Source: Candidatus Aenigmatarchaeota archaeon
GTDB lineage: Archaea; Aenigmatarchaeota; Aenigmatarchaeia; Aenigmatarchaeales; Aenigmatarchaeaceae
Length of the DNA stretch: 64,000 bases
Assembly: GCA_043814985.1 (NCBI GenBank)
Contig: JBDRJK010000019.1
Location: 32,001-96,000, forward strand
Direction: 5' to 3'
Under the pieces are notes generated by a model. That model searched no databases. It saw nothing but the letters and a program-made list of their open reading frames with translations, and had not been told where the DNA came from. Shown piece after piece: positions 1 to 8,885 of this stretch. How positions within the stretch are numbered: the stretch's first letter is position 1; the number at the start of each line of letters is the position of its first letter. The position numbers were made by a program, and so were the translations under genes.

Positions 1-261
1 CTGGGTAGACAGCTGCCCCTGTTAAGGGAGGAAATTCCATCCACCATTAGCCTCAAAGGCTTGCCGTCCCTCGGGATTAGGCTGAAAAGCTTAGGTGTCC
101 AATAGGGCTTCATGTTCGACTTGGACGATGCTGGCAAGGTGCAAGACCAAACAGCTCTGATGACGAAAGAGGAGCGGGTAGGTTGCATCAGACGAATGCT
201 GTCAAGCAGGAGTGATTGTTTTTACAGGATCTGCTCACAGAAGATGGATTATGCCCAGGCC
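1..261 (+). ncRNA. rnpB: RNase P RNA (type A-like catalytic domain, reduced S-domain; 5' end probably a few nt upstream of the window)
   Basis: CR-I GAGGAAAUUCCAUC (28-41) pairs with CR-V ACAGAAGAUGGAUUAU (237-252) to form P4 with a bulged U; P1 CUGGGUA/UGCCCAG; P2 GACAGC(8-13)/GCUGUC(198-203); P15 with GGUA loop; CR-IV-like AGACGAAUG. Confidence 0.9.
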
Positions 262-462
262 ACGACTATTTTTGTTCTATATGTAGACGTTTAACTGGCT
301 GTTGGCTTAAGCGTTATAAAAATCTTGTCATTAGGAGACGACTTCTGCTATTATATAGTTTTGAACATAGTTATTAGAACTTAAAACTACACATATATCA
401 AAACATCTAGCGTACATTATATGACTCATTTAATCAAAGAAAAAATATTTAGGTGATACAGA

Positions 463-1005
463 ATGGCCTTTAAAATAAAAATACAGAACATTGTTGCATG
501 CGCTTCTTTAGGCATTAAGATAAATCTTGATAAAGTTATGTCTAAAATTGATAATACTGAGTATGAACCAAACCAGTTTCCTGGTCTGGTTTTGAGATTA
601 AAACAACCAAAGGCAGCTGCTTTGATTTTTTCTTCGGGTAAAATTGTTTGCACGGGTGCCAAGTCTCCGAAAGAGGCAAAAATAGCTATATCAAAGGTTG
701 TTAAAAAGCTTGGGGGAATAGGATTCAAAGCTCCTGAAAAATATAAGGTCAATTTAGTAAATATTGTTGCTTCAACGAAGCTTGATTTGAAAATAAATTT
801 GAATAATATAGCATTTAATTTAGAGAATACGGAATACGAACCCAATCAGTTCCCAGGTTTGGTTTATAGAATGAGCGACCCCAAGGCTACATTCTTGTTG
901 TTCGGTGGTGGCAGTGTTATTTGTACAGGAGCTAAAAATGTTGCAGATGTAAGAAGGAGTATAGAAAAACTTTATAATGTTTTAAAGGAATTAAAGTGTG
1001 ATTAA
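463..1005 (+). CDS. tbp: TATA-box binding protein
   Basis: Two direct repeats NIVA...EYEPNQFPGLV...LIF/LLF..G..VCTGAK. Confidence 0.98.
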   Translation: MAFKIKIQNIVACASLGIKINLDKVMSKIDNTEYEPNQFPGLVLRLKQPKAAALIFSSGKIVCTGAKSPKEAKIAISKVVKKLGGIGFKAPEKYKVNLVNIVASTKLDLKINLNNIAFNLENTEYEPNQFPGLVYRMSDPKATFLLFGGGSVICTGAKNVADVRRSIEKLYNVLKELKCD

Positions 1006-1112
1006 CTCTCTTTGTTTTTTTAGATACTCTTATTCCCAGCACACGACTTCTTTTTGAGTCTAAACAATAGATATATAAACATTATTTTACTTTATTTTAA
1101 TAGTGAGTTAAT

Positions 1113-1271
1113 ATGACTTTGGAAGAAGACCTTTCATTAAAGAGTAAAAATGTAGTTGTTTCTGCAGAGAATGTAGTGTATGAAGTTGACGGTCCTTTGA
1201 CAAAAAAGAAAAAGAAATATAACGCACCAGATTTTAGAGAAATTTTGGTTACGGCCATGTCTCATTGTTGA
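1113..1271 (+). CDS. 52-aa putative RiPP precursor peptide (MTLEEDLSLKSKNVVVSAENVVYEVDGPLTKKKKKYNAPDFREILVTAMSHC)
   Basis: Translated by hand (below the ORF-track cutoff); TATA-like ATATATAAAC at 1071-1080; KKxYxxPxF motif; ends 11 nt before the PqqD gene. Confidence 0.8.
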   Translation: MTLEEDLSLKSKNVVVSAENVVYEVDGPLTKKKKKYNAPDFREILVTAMSHC

Positions 1272-1282
1272 AGTGATTCCCT

Positions 1283-1546
1283 ATGAAGCAGACGACAGAC
1301 CTTAACTCTAATCTTATTGTTAGAACAAAATTAAAGAAAGTGAATGATGTATACATTCTCCCCCCTGGCTATATTCTGAACGAAACAGGGGTAAAGGTGA
1401 TAGAATATTGTGATGGCAGACATAGCGTTAAAGACATCATCATGCTAATTTCAAGGGAATATAATGAAAGACCCACGGTTGTAAAAAAAGACGTGATGAA
1501 ATTTATCAAAAGATTATTGTTTTTGTCCGCATTGAAGGTGGTATGA
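1283..1546 (+). CDS. PqqD-family RiPP recognition element (RRE)
   Basis: 87 aa, LNETG..VIEYCDGRHSV..I...Y...KDV..F...L PqqD pattern; next to a radical SAM gene. Confidence 0.88.
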   Translation: MKQTTDLNSNLIVRTKLKKVNDVYILPPGYILNETGVKVIEYCDGRHSVKDIIMLISREYNERPTVVKKDVMKFIKRLLFLSALKVV

Positions 1547-1547
1547 A

Positions 1548-2687
1548 TTGAACAATGATGTAATTGTGACAGGTAGAGAAATAAAAAAGTTGTTCAAAAA
1601 GTATCCGCTGGTAAGGCTGGCCATATCTGTTACTAACTGCTGTAATTTGAGGTGTATCCATTGCAGTCAGAACGCGGGGAATGCACTAAAAGAGGAATAT
1701 TCCATCTCGGATCTTAAGCAAATAATAAAGGACACATGCGATGAAGGGTTATGTACTGTTGGAATTACTGGTGGCGAGCCGACCATTAGAAAGGACTTGT
1801 TGTCCATAATGAGATATGCTGACAGGAAGGATATTAGCCTAGTTTTGAACACTAACGGTACTTTGATAACTAGGAAAATGGCCAAGGACATATCAAAACT
1901 GTCCAATCTGAGGATTGTTGCTGTTAGCTTAGACGGTTCAAACCCGAAGACGCATGACAATATAAGAGGAGTTAGCAGGGCTTTCTCAAGAACGATAAAA
2001 GGTATAAAGAATCTGGTATCTGAGGGAGTTGAAGTCACTCTAGCATATACCATAATGAACAGAAACAAAGGAGAAATTGAAGACTTGATAAAACTGGCAA
2101 AGAAGTTGAAAGTTTCAATTGTGAGATTTCTGTTTATGGAGAATTTCGGACGCGCCAAGACGAACTCCGAAGAAATAGTTCCTTATCTAGAGCGTCGGAA
2201 TATCATTGCAAGGATAAATAGATTGTATAAAAAATACAAGAAAAATTTAACTATATGGGTCTATGCACCTCCTTCATTGCTGCCTAAATTTTTGAGAGAC
2301 AGTATGCCGTATACTGCTGGTTGCCTTCCGGGTGTTACAATTTGCGATTTGCTAGCTGACGGCACTATGTATCCTTGTTTAGGTCTTGTTGATTTTCCAG
2401 AGATGAAGATCGGAAATGTCTTGGACAAAAACATTTTAAAACTGTGGAATGGATCAAAAGTTTTAACCCAGTTCAGGAAGGTAACCCCACAGAAGCTGAA
2501 AGGCGTCTGTAGAGATTGCTATTTCTTGCTAAATTGTATGGGACATTGTAGGGCCGCGGCATACACTTTCGGGGGAAGTATTTTTGCACCTAATCCATGG
2601 TGTCAAGAGTATTTTGATAATAATAAATTCCCTAAAAAATATTACAAGAAGGGAAGACTAAAAATTAGAGATAGAAAGACCTCATAA
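1548..2687 (+). CDS. Radical SAM/SPASM peptide maturase
   Basis: CNLRCIHC, TGGEP, SLDG; C-terminal SPASM cysteines GC...YPC...CRDC.....C...C...PWC. Confidence 0.93.
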   Translation: MNNDVIVTGREIKKLFKKYPLVRLAISVTNCCNLRCIHCSQNAGNALKEEYSISDLKQIIKDTCDEGLCTVGITGGEPTIRKDLLSIMRYADRKDISLVLNTNGTLITRKMAKDISKLSNLRIVAVSLDGSNPKTHDNIRGVSRAFSRTIKGIKNLVSEGVEVTLAYTIMNRNKGEIEDLIKLAKKLKVSIVRFLFMENFGRAKTNSEEIVPYLERRNIIARINRLYKKYKKNLTIWVYAPPSLLPKFLRDSMPYTAGCLPGVTICDLLADGTMYPCLGLVDFPEMKIGNVLDKNILKLWNGSKVLTQFRKVTPQKLKGVCRDCYFLLNCMGHCRAAAYTFGGSIFAPNPWCQEYFDNNKFPKKYYKKGRLKIRDRKTS

Positions 2688-2842
2688 CATTCTTTTATCA
2701 CTACCTTTAAGTTATAAACAATTAGCTTTAAATACTCCCAGAACATATCTATCTAAAGTAAAGTACAAAGTTGTTAAAAAATAGCGTTAGTTTATTATAC
2801 TAATTCTATGACTTTTGTGACTTTAGTAAAAAACATTAAGGA

Positions 2843-4087
2843 ATGATGGAAATGAAATTTGAAAATATGAATATAGAGCAGTCTATAAAAGACTCTCTAA
2901 ACAATCTGGGTTTTGAGAACCCAACCGAGATACAGGTTGAAACAATACCGTTGATAAAGGAAGGTCATGATGTTATTGGCCAGTCAGAGACAGGGTCAGG
3001 AAAGACCGCTGCCTTCGGCATACCCATTGTGGACAAAGTGGAAAAAGGAAAAGGTATACAAGCAATAATCCTTGCCCCCACAAGGGAACTGGCCAAGCAG
3101 ATATCCAAGGACTTGGAAAGCTACTCACGCCTAAAACAATTGTACGTGCAGACCGTCTACGGAGGCGTTGCAATGATGCCCCAGGTCTCCGGATTGAGAA
3201 AGGCTGACATTGTTGTCGGCACTCCAGGAAGGATGATGGACCACATGAGAAGGGGGACAATCGATACAAGGAATTTGAAATTCTTTGTATTAGATGAAGC
3301 AGACAAGATGATTGATATGGGCTTCATAGAGGACATAGAAGAAATAGAAAGACAAGTCCCTAAAGAAAGGCAGACATTGCTTTTCAGCGCTACAATGTCC
3401 TCAAGATTAGAGGATATTAGAAACAGGTTCACCAACAATGCCAAGAAGATCAAGACTAAGAACAAGGTGAGCGACGAAGTCCTGAAGCAGTACTACTGCG
3501 ACACAGACCCGAGAAGCAAGTTCTCCCTATTGGTTCACTTGATTAACGAGGAGAATCCAAGTCTGTCAATAGTCTTCTGTAATACAAGAAGGACAGCCGA
3601 CGAGATATGCATGAACCTTAATTCGAACAAGGTTGATGCCATGGCTCTTCACGGCGGATTAACACAGGACAAGAGGGAGAGAACGCTTGAGGCGTTCCAC
3701 AAAGGAAAAATGAGGATTCTAGTTGCGACAAACGTTGCTGCTAGAGGACTGGATATAAAGGACGTTTCCCACGTGTTCAACTACAACATACCTCAGGACA
3801 AAGAGGACTATGCGAACAGGATAGGCAGGACAGCAAGAGCAGGAAAAAGCGGTAAGGCAATATCGCTCCTGTGCAGGGAAGATCACGAGCCTTTCAGAAG
3901 AATAAACAGAGCATTCTCCTACGATGTTGAGAAACTTGTTATCAAGGACTTCAAGAATTTGCCCTTCAAGAGAAGTGGTCCGAGCAGGGAAGGCTTTAGG
4001 AGAGGCGGCTTCGGCAACAGGGCCGGGAACAACAGATTCGGGAACAGCAGGTTCGGCGGGAGAAGGTTTGGAAGCAGAAGGTTTTAA
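2843..4087 (+). CDS. DEAD-box RNA helicase
   Basis: TGSGKT, PTRELA, TPGR, DEAD, SAT, ARGLD, RIGRTAR motifs; RGG/RFG-rich tail. Confidence 0.97.
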   Translation: MMEMKFENMNIEQSIKDSLNNLGFENPTEIQVETIPLIKEGHDVIGQSETGSGKTAAFGIPIVDKVEKGKGIQAIILAPTRELAKQISKDLESYSRLKQLYVQTVYGGVAMMPQVSGLRKADIVVGTPGRMMDHMRRGTIDTRNLKFFVLDEADKMIDMGFIEDIEEIERQVPKERQTLLFSATMSSRLEDIRNRFTNNAKKIKTKNKVSDEVLKQYYCDTDPRSKFSLLVHLINEENPSLSIVFCNTRRTADEICMNLNSNKVDAMALHGGLTQDKRERTLEAFHKGKMRILVATNVAARGLDIKDVSHVFNYNIPQDKEDYANRIGRTARAGKSGKAISLLCREDHEPFRRINRAFSYDVEKLVIKDFKNLPFKRSGPSREGFRRGGFGNRAGNNRFGNSRFGGRRFGSRRF

Positions 4088-4111
4088 AAACCTTAAGTGG
4101 TAATGATAGGT

Positions 4112-4276
4112 ATGGCTGAAAAGAAGCAGATGAGAGCACCATCAGGCATGGCAGGCTTAGTGAAATACGAGGACGAGGGAGATAGCCTAATAAAAATGAA
4201 GCCTATTCATGTTGTAGGCATAGCTGTTGGTCTGATTGTCTTTGAAATGATAATGTTCTTAGCAATTCCACTTTAG
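4112..4276 (+). CDS. secG: Preprotein translocase Sec61-beta (SecG), 54 aa
   Basis: Hand translation: PSGMAGLVKYEDE..IKMKP.HVV followed by a C-terminal TM helix. Confidence 0.88.
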   Translation: MAEKKQMRAPSGMAGLVKYEDEGDSLIKMKPIHVVGIAVGLIVFEMIMFLAIPL

Positions 4277-4316
4277 AAATCATAACATCTTTATAAGAGG
4301 AAAACAAATATTCTAT

Positions 4317-4937
4317 ATGATTGACTTTAGGCTCTGGAAAGACGCGCTATTAAAGCCAGAGAAAACCTTTAGTAAAGAAAAATCAAAAGCAAGCCTTACC
4401 AAGGCAATGAAAAATATCTTTGTGGCAGGAATAATAGCAGGCGTCATAACCACTATTAGAGCTTTTAATTTGACCGAACTCTTGTCCAACATTATTCTGA
4501 GCCCTATAGCATCAATCCTTGGTCTACTATTAATCTCTGGTTTATACTACATATTTGCCAAGCTTCTTGGAGGAAAGGGAGCCTACACAGTGCAGACTTA
4601 TTTGATATCACTGTATACTGCTCCACTTTCAATCATAGGATCATTGATAGCATTGCTAGTCCCAGCAACACCAACCATGGGCGAAATAACCGTAGGCTTT
4701 TTGGCACCGTTTATTGTTTTCTTTTTACTAGCACTTGTACTATTTTTATATACCCTGTATCTGCTGACGCTTGCCTTGAAAGAGACCCACAAGTACACTG
4801 TTTGGAGGGCAATTTTGTCATGGCTGTTGGTAATCTTAATAATGGTTTTAGTCTTAATGGCACTGGTAGGCGTTGCCTTTATGGCTTTTATGGGTGGCTT
4901 CTCACCTATCTCAGAAATACCACAGCTTCTGGTTTGA
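4317..4937 (+). CDS. YIP1-family membrane protein
   Basis: LLKPEKTF..EK N-terminus, ~5 TM segments, AKLLGGKG motif. Confidence 0.8.
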   Translation: MIDFRLWKDALLKPEKTFSKEKSKASLTKAMKNIFVAGIIAGVITTIRAFNLTELLSNIILSPIASILGLLLISGLYYIFAKLLGGKGAYTVQTYLISLYTAPLSIIGSLIALLVPATPTMGEITVGFLAPFIVFFLLALVLFLYTLYLLTLALKETHKYTVWRAILSWLLVILIMVLVLMALVGVAFMAFMGGFSPISEIPQLLV

Positions 4938-4962
4938 TTCTAGACGAACCTTGCAAGATAGT

Positions 4963-5427
4963 CTAATGTTTTTTCATGTAGTCAATAACAACCTGGTCAA
5001 CCCTTTTTGGTAATGTAGGTATAAGCCTTTTAGTTATGCTGTTTTTCGTTCCCCAATCTAAATTTGTTGGCAGATTTTGTGCTATTCTTTTACCAACTAG
5101 TGTTTCGTCCCCAATCACGTATGCTATTTTTTTACGATTTAACTTACCAAGAATATCACTCGAATAATGTTTATGTTTGAGAGTACATTTTCCCAGTGAT
5201 ACATAAAGAGTATTAACAGGACCCCTTCTCTCCAGCTTTCTTATTAACCCACTCGTGATGCGGACAGGTTTTCCTAAAGTCTCAGCAACTTCTTCTATTG
5301 TCAGGGGATTTCTCTTTAGAAGTCTGAAAATCTCATCCTGAGCTGGAGTTGGATATCCCTTCCTCCCTCTACCTTCATCAACTTCTTCCAAATCATCCAA
5401 ATAAGTTAGTTCTCCAAAATCAATCAT
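4963..5427 (-). CDS. Helix-turn-helix domain protein
   Basis: PLTIEEVAETLGKP...IRKLERRG winged-HTH pattern; ATG at 5427 preferred as start. Confidence 0.6.
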   Translation of the reverse strand: MIDFGELTYLDDLEEVDEGRGRKGYPTPAQDEIFRLLKRNPLTIEEVAETLGKPVRITSGLIRKLERRGPVNTLYVSLGKCTLKHKHYSSDILGKLNRKKIAYVIGDETLVGKRIAQNLPTNLDWGTKNSITKRLIPTLPKRVDQVVIDYMKKH

Positions 5428-5515
5428 AAGCCTAAATTGCAAAGAAAGCTTTAAGTGCTTCACTACCCTCGGTGGTAAGGAAGCAATAATCTGCTACTCC
5501 TTTCTATTATTCTTC

Positions 5516-5989
5516 ATGATAGAAAATAAGGTTGTGTTTGTCCCGCATTGTATTCTAAATCCTGCTATAAGGAATAATTCAAAATCAACAAAAGAAATTA
5601 TAGAACTTTTCACGAAATCAGATATAGGTATAATCCAATTGCCTTGTCCTGAATCGGAATACAATGGAAAACTGGTAAAACAATCAAAGAACAAAGAAAA
5701 ATACAGAGTTCATTGTAAGAAACTTTCCTTAAAGGTTATGAAAGATATTAGAAAATACTTGGATGCTAATTATAAGGTTCTTGGAATTTTGGGCGTTGAG
5801 TTTTCACCTACGTGTGGAGTCCATAGAATAAGAAATGGCAAAAGGAACGTTCCTGGAAAGGGCATTTTCATAGAGGAGTTGGAGAATGAAATGCAGAAAA
5901 ATAATTTCCAAGTGCCCCTTATAACGACAAACCTTCAAAACATTTTTTCAACTCTAGAGAAAATGAGTTTGCTAATAAAAAATTGTTGA
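5516..5989 (+). CDS. DUF523/TudS-related Fe-S protein
   Basis: HCILN, LPCPE, SPTCGV, GKGIFIEEL motifs. Confidence 0.75.
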   Translation: MIENKVVFVPHCILNPAIRNNSKSTKEIIELFTKSDIGIIQLPCPESEYNGKLVKQSKNKEKYRVHCKKLSLKVMKDIRKYLDANYKVLGILGVEFSPTCGVHRIRNGKRNVPGKGIFIEELENEMQKNNFQVPLITTNLQNIFSTLEKMSLLIKNC

Positions 5990-5998
5990 GGTGATAAT

Positions 5999-6202
5999 AT
6001 GGATGAATATATTATGAAAGATTCAGTCGGATATTCGCAGAGATCGTATCTGCAGCCTTCAGTCTCTTATTTCGGTGGGAACTTGGAGGCAGGGGAAAAC
6101 ACAGTCTCTGTACTGGCTAAAACAGCAGCTGCAATCGCTCTGGCGCTTGTCGGACTTGCTGCAACAGCGGCAAGAGGGTCTGAGAGCCCTCTAGATGGGT
6201 GA
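5999..6202 (+). CDS. 67-aa putative RiPP precursor with Ala/Leu-rich core
   Basis: GAGGTGA RBS; YLQPSVSYFG fits YxxPx(L/V)xxxG; overlaps the radical SAM start. Confidence 0.78.
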   Translation: MDEYIMKDSVGYSQRSYLQPSVSYFGGNLEAGENTVSVLAKTAAAIALALVGLAATAARGSESPLDG

Positions 6203-7292
6203 TTGCTTGTTTGACTTTCAGCAATTGGTTTCAGACCTTAGCGAGGACAAGCTTTTACCGTCTGTTCCAAGAAAGGGAAACCAAGTTGAGCTCTTGAAAA
6301 CCGCTGAAAGATTTTTCGAGGATATGAAAAACAAGAAGATATATCCTAGGGAGCTTGACAGCCCTTTGGGGTGCCAGTTAGAACTGACGCACAAGTGCAA
6401 TCTTAATTGCAAGCAGTGCTACAATATGTCCAACTGCCAAAAGCCTGACATTTCCTTCAAGAGATGGATGAACGTTGCAAAACAGCTAGTTGATATGAAC
6501 ATATTTGAATGTGTGATATCTGGTGGCGAGCCATTGTTACTTGGAGACAAATTATACGACTTAATGGATGTTCTACATGACAGTGGAATGAGATTCATAC
6601 TTGTCACAAACGGGATGCTCGTAGATAAACATGTGATTGACAAACTGAGCAAGTACGACTATTACTGGGTCCAAGTCAGCATCGATGGTTCAAGACCTGA
6701 GATACACGACAAGATAAGGGGTGTTAATGGAAGCTGGAAAAAAGCTGTCAATGCTGCAAAGATGGTGTCCCAGTCTGGAATGCCACTGGTCGTATCCCAT
6801 GTAATTCAGAGGGATAATGTAGACCACATAGATGAGATGATTGAGACATCTTACCTTTTGGGAGCTAGAAGACTGATAACTGGCAAGTTCACATATTCGG
6901 GAAGAGCAATATTGAACAAAAATGAAATAGATATCGAAGAAAACAAACTAAAGCAGGTTTTCAATCTCTTGAAAACAAGACACAGTCAATACACTGGGAG
7001 CATGGAGATAGTCACTTCCACAGATCCGGTTTTCTATCTCAGATACAGGGTTTTCGAGCCGTGCAACGTGCTTTTGATAAGACCCAATGGTGACGTAAAG
7101 CTGGATTGCATACTGCCGTTCAAGATAGGAAATGTTATGGAAGAGGGCATATCCAGTATGTGGAGTAGGACTGGAAAGTCAGCTTGGAGAAATGAGCAGG
7201 TCATAAAATACATAGATTCGATAAAGGAGGAGAGCGACATGCTAAGGATTAGGCCGAGGCCCTATATTGACGAAGATATTTTGATAAGGTGA
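6195..7292 (+). CDS. Radical SAM peptide maturase with truncated SPASM (twitch-like) domain
   Basis: CNLNCKQC, SGGEP, VSIDG; only two C-terminal Cys (PC...IRPNGDV..DC). Confidence 0.9.
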   Translation: MGDCLFDFQQLVSDLSEDKLLPSVPRKGNQVELLKTAERFFEDMKNKKIYPRELDSPLGCQLELTHKCNLNCKQCYNMSNCQKPDISFKRWMNVAKQLVDMNIFECVISGGEPLLLGDKLYDLMDVLHDSGMRFILVTNGMLVDKHVIDKLSKYDYYWVQVSIDGSRPEIHDKIRGVNGSWKKAVNAAKMVSQSGMPLVVSHVIQRDNVDHIDEMIETSYLLGARRLITGKFTYSGRAILNKNEIDIEENKLKQVFNLLKTRHSQYTGSMEIVTSTDPVFYLRYRVFEPCNVLLIRPNGDVKLDCILPFKIGNVMEEGISSMWSRTGKSAWRNEQVIKYIDSIKEESDMLRIRPRPYIDEDILIR

Positions 7293-7588
7293 GAAAAATG
7301 CATGACTATATTATAGACTTACTCAAACCTTTAATGCCTAAGAAAATAGAATCCAAAAAGATCAGGAATGACAGTGATTTCTTGATACTCAGGGAAAGGA
7401 ACAAGAAGATACTCATCCTGAACCCCACTGCAAGAGAAATCTATGAAATATGTGATGGCAGGACAGTGGGTCAAATCATAAATGCTATGAGTTCGGTTTA
7501 TCCTAGTATAGACAGGAAGAAAATATCTGTAGATGTCATAAGGTGTCTTAGGGATATGGAAAGAAGAGAACTGCTTTTAATGAGATGA
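7289..7588 (+). CDS. PqqD-family RRE
   Basis: LNPTAREIYEICDGRTV..I......YP.......DV...L. Confidence 0.88.
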   Translation: MRKMHDYIIDLLKPLMPKKIESKKIRNDSDFLILRERNKKILILNPTAREIYEICDGRTVGQIINAMSSVYPSIDRKKISVDVIRCLRDMERRELLLMR

Positions 7589-8328
7589 CCTTAATGAAGG
7601 AACTACCTGTAACATTTGAATGTAAAAAACAGCAGATAGTGGGCATATACCATCTTTCAAATAATAAAAACCCTCCAACAGTCATAATGTGCCATGGTTG
7701 GGGAGGAAATAAGCTAGGAACCTGGAACGGATTGTTTGTAAAGGCTGCCAGAGAGTTTTGCAAAAACGGTTTTTCAGTATTAAGGTTTGATTTCAGGGGC
7801 TCTGGAGATTCTCAGGGCGATTTTAATAAGCAAACAAACGACACCTTGCTAGAAGATTTGGATTGTGTGATAAACAGTATAGGTTCTGATGTTGGTCTTA
7901 TAGGCCATAGCTTAGGAGGCAAGGTTTCCATACTAAAAGCTTCTATGGATAAAAGAGTAAAATGCCTGGCAGCATGGGCCTCTCCCGTGCATAAGGACTT
8001 CTTTACTAAGTCATTTATTGAGGAAATAGAACAAAGAAAATTCATTTATTTCAATGAAATTGGTTATGGTGTCAGCAAGAAGCAGATAAACAGCTATTTG
8101 AGATATGATACTGTAAAAGCTGCAAAGAAGATTAAAACACCCTTTCTGATTGTTAATGGAAGCGAAGATACTTCAGTTTATCCTTCCCAGGCAAGGAAAT
8201 TGTATAAGAATACTAACCGGCTTAAAAAACTGGTCATAATAAACGGAGCTAATCATCTTTTTCTTAGCAAGGAAAAACAACTGATAAAGGTAACCCTGGA
8301 CTGGTTTAAAAAATATTTAAGAAAATAA
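7585..8328 (+). CDS. Alpha/beta-fold hydrolase (possible S9-like peptidase)
   Basis: HGWGG, FDFRGSGDS, GHSLGG nucleophile, G.ED, GANH; overlaps the PqqD stop. Confidence 0.88.
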   Translation: MTLMKELPVTFECKKQQIVGIYHLSNNKNPPTVIMCHGWGGNKLGTWNGLFVKAAREFCKNGFSVLRFDFRGSGDSQGDFNKQTNDTLLEDLDCVINSIGSDVGLIGHSLGGKVSILKASMDKRVKCLAAWASPVHKDFFTKSFIEEIEQRKFIYFNEIGYGVSKKQINSYLRYDTVKAAKKIKTPFLIVNGSEDTSVYPSQARKLYKNTNRLKKLVIINGANHLFLSKEKQLIKVTLDWFKKYLRK

Positions 8329-8362
8329 GAAAAATAAAAGAAAAAATTAAAAAATTTCAAGA

Positions 8363-8830
8363 CTAGCTCAGTGATCCGCTTAGAGTTCCTGTGCTCTTCA
8401 AGCCTGTCAAACTACCTGCTGTGTAGGTCACAATAAGATATACGTTGTAGTTCTCACCAGTGCTTCCCGTGTTTGCACCAGCACATGTTAGTGTTTGAAG
8501 ACCTGACCTACCACCTGCTGCTACAGTGCCGGGAGTAAACCCAGTACAAGCTGTTGGTGATGCTGGTAGTGTAGTTCCCTCGTCCACAGTAATGTCTGTT
8601 ATATTTATTGTCTGGCCAACCCTGTTCTCTAGCTCGAATCTGAGAACGTCTGCTGAGCTCAAATCCCAAGGTGATATAACATCAAGTTGTGAGAATCCTG
8701 TCTTTGTTGCAGGCATTGATGCTGCTGGGTTGAAGAAACCGTACCAAGCTAAGACCCCTGCTACTATCAAAATTATCAAAATTGCCCATCCATAGGTCAT
8801 TAGGTACTCTATTGCTGTTTGTCCTTTCAT
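8363..8830 (-). CDS. Type IV pilin (class III signal peptide), likely major pilin
   Basis: MKG|QTAIEYLMTYGWAILII; GGAGG RBS. Confidence 0.9.
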   Translation of the reverse strand: MKGQTAIEYLMTYGWAILIILIVAGVLAWYGFFNPAASMPATKTGFSQLDVISPWDLSSADVLRFELENRVGQTINITDITVDEGTTLPASPTACTGFTPGTVAAGGRSGLQTLTCAGANTGSTGENYNVYLIVTYTAGSLTGLKSTGTLSGSLS

Positions 8831-8885
8831 TTTCTTACCTCCTATTTTAATAATTCTATTTTGTAAACCCGATACTTAAAGTTTT

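Noticed and set aside
112..294. 60-aa ORF in the track
   Set aside because: Lies within the RNase P RNA; no protein features
1269..1271. TGA after Cys in precursor 1 as selenocysteine
   Set aside because: No SECIS seen, and TGA is an ordinary stop throughout the window
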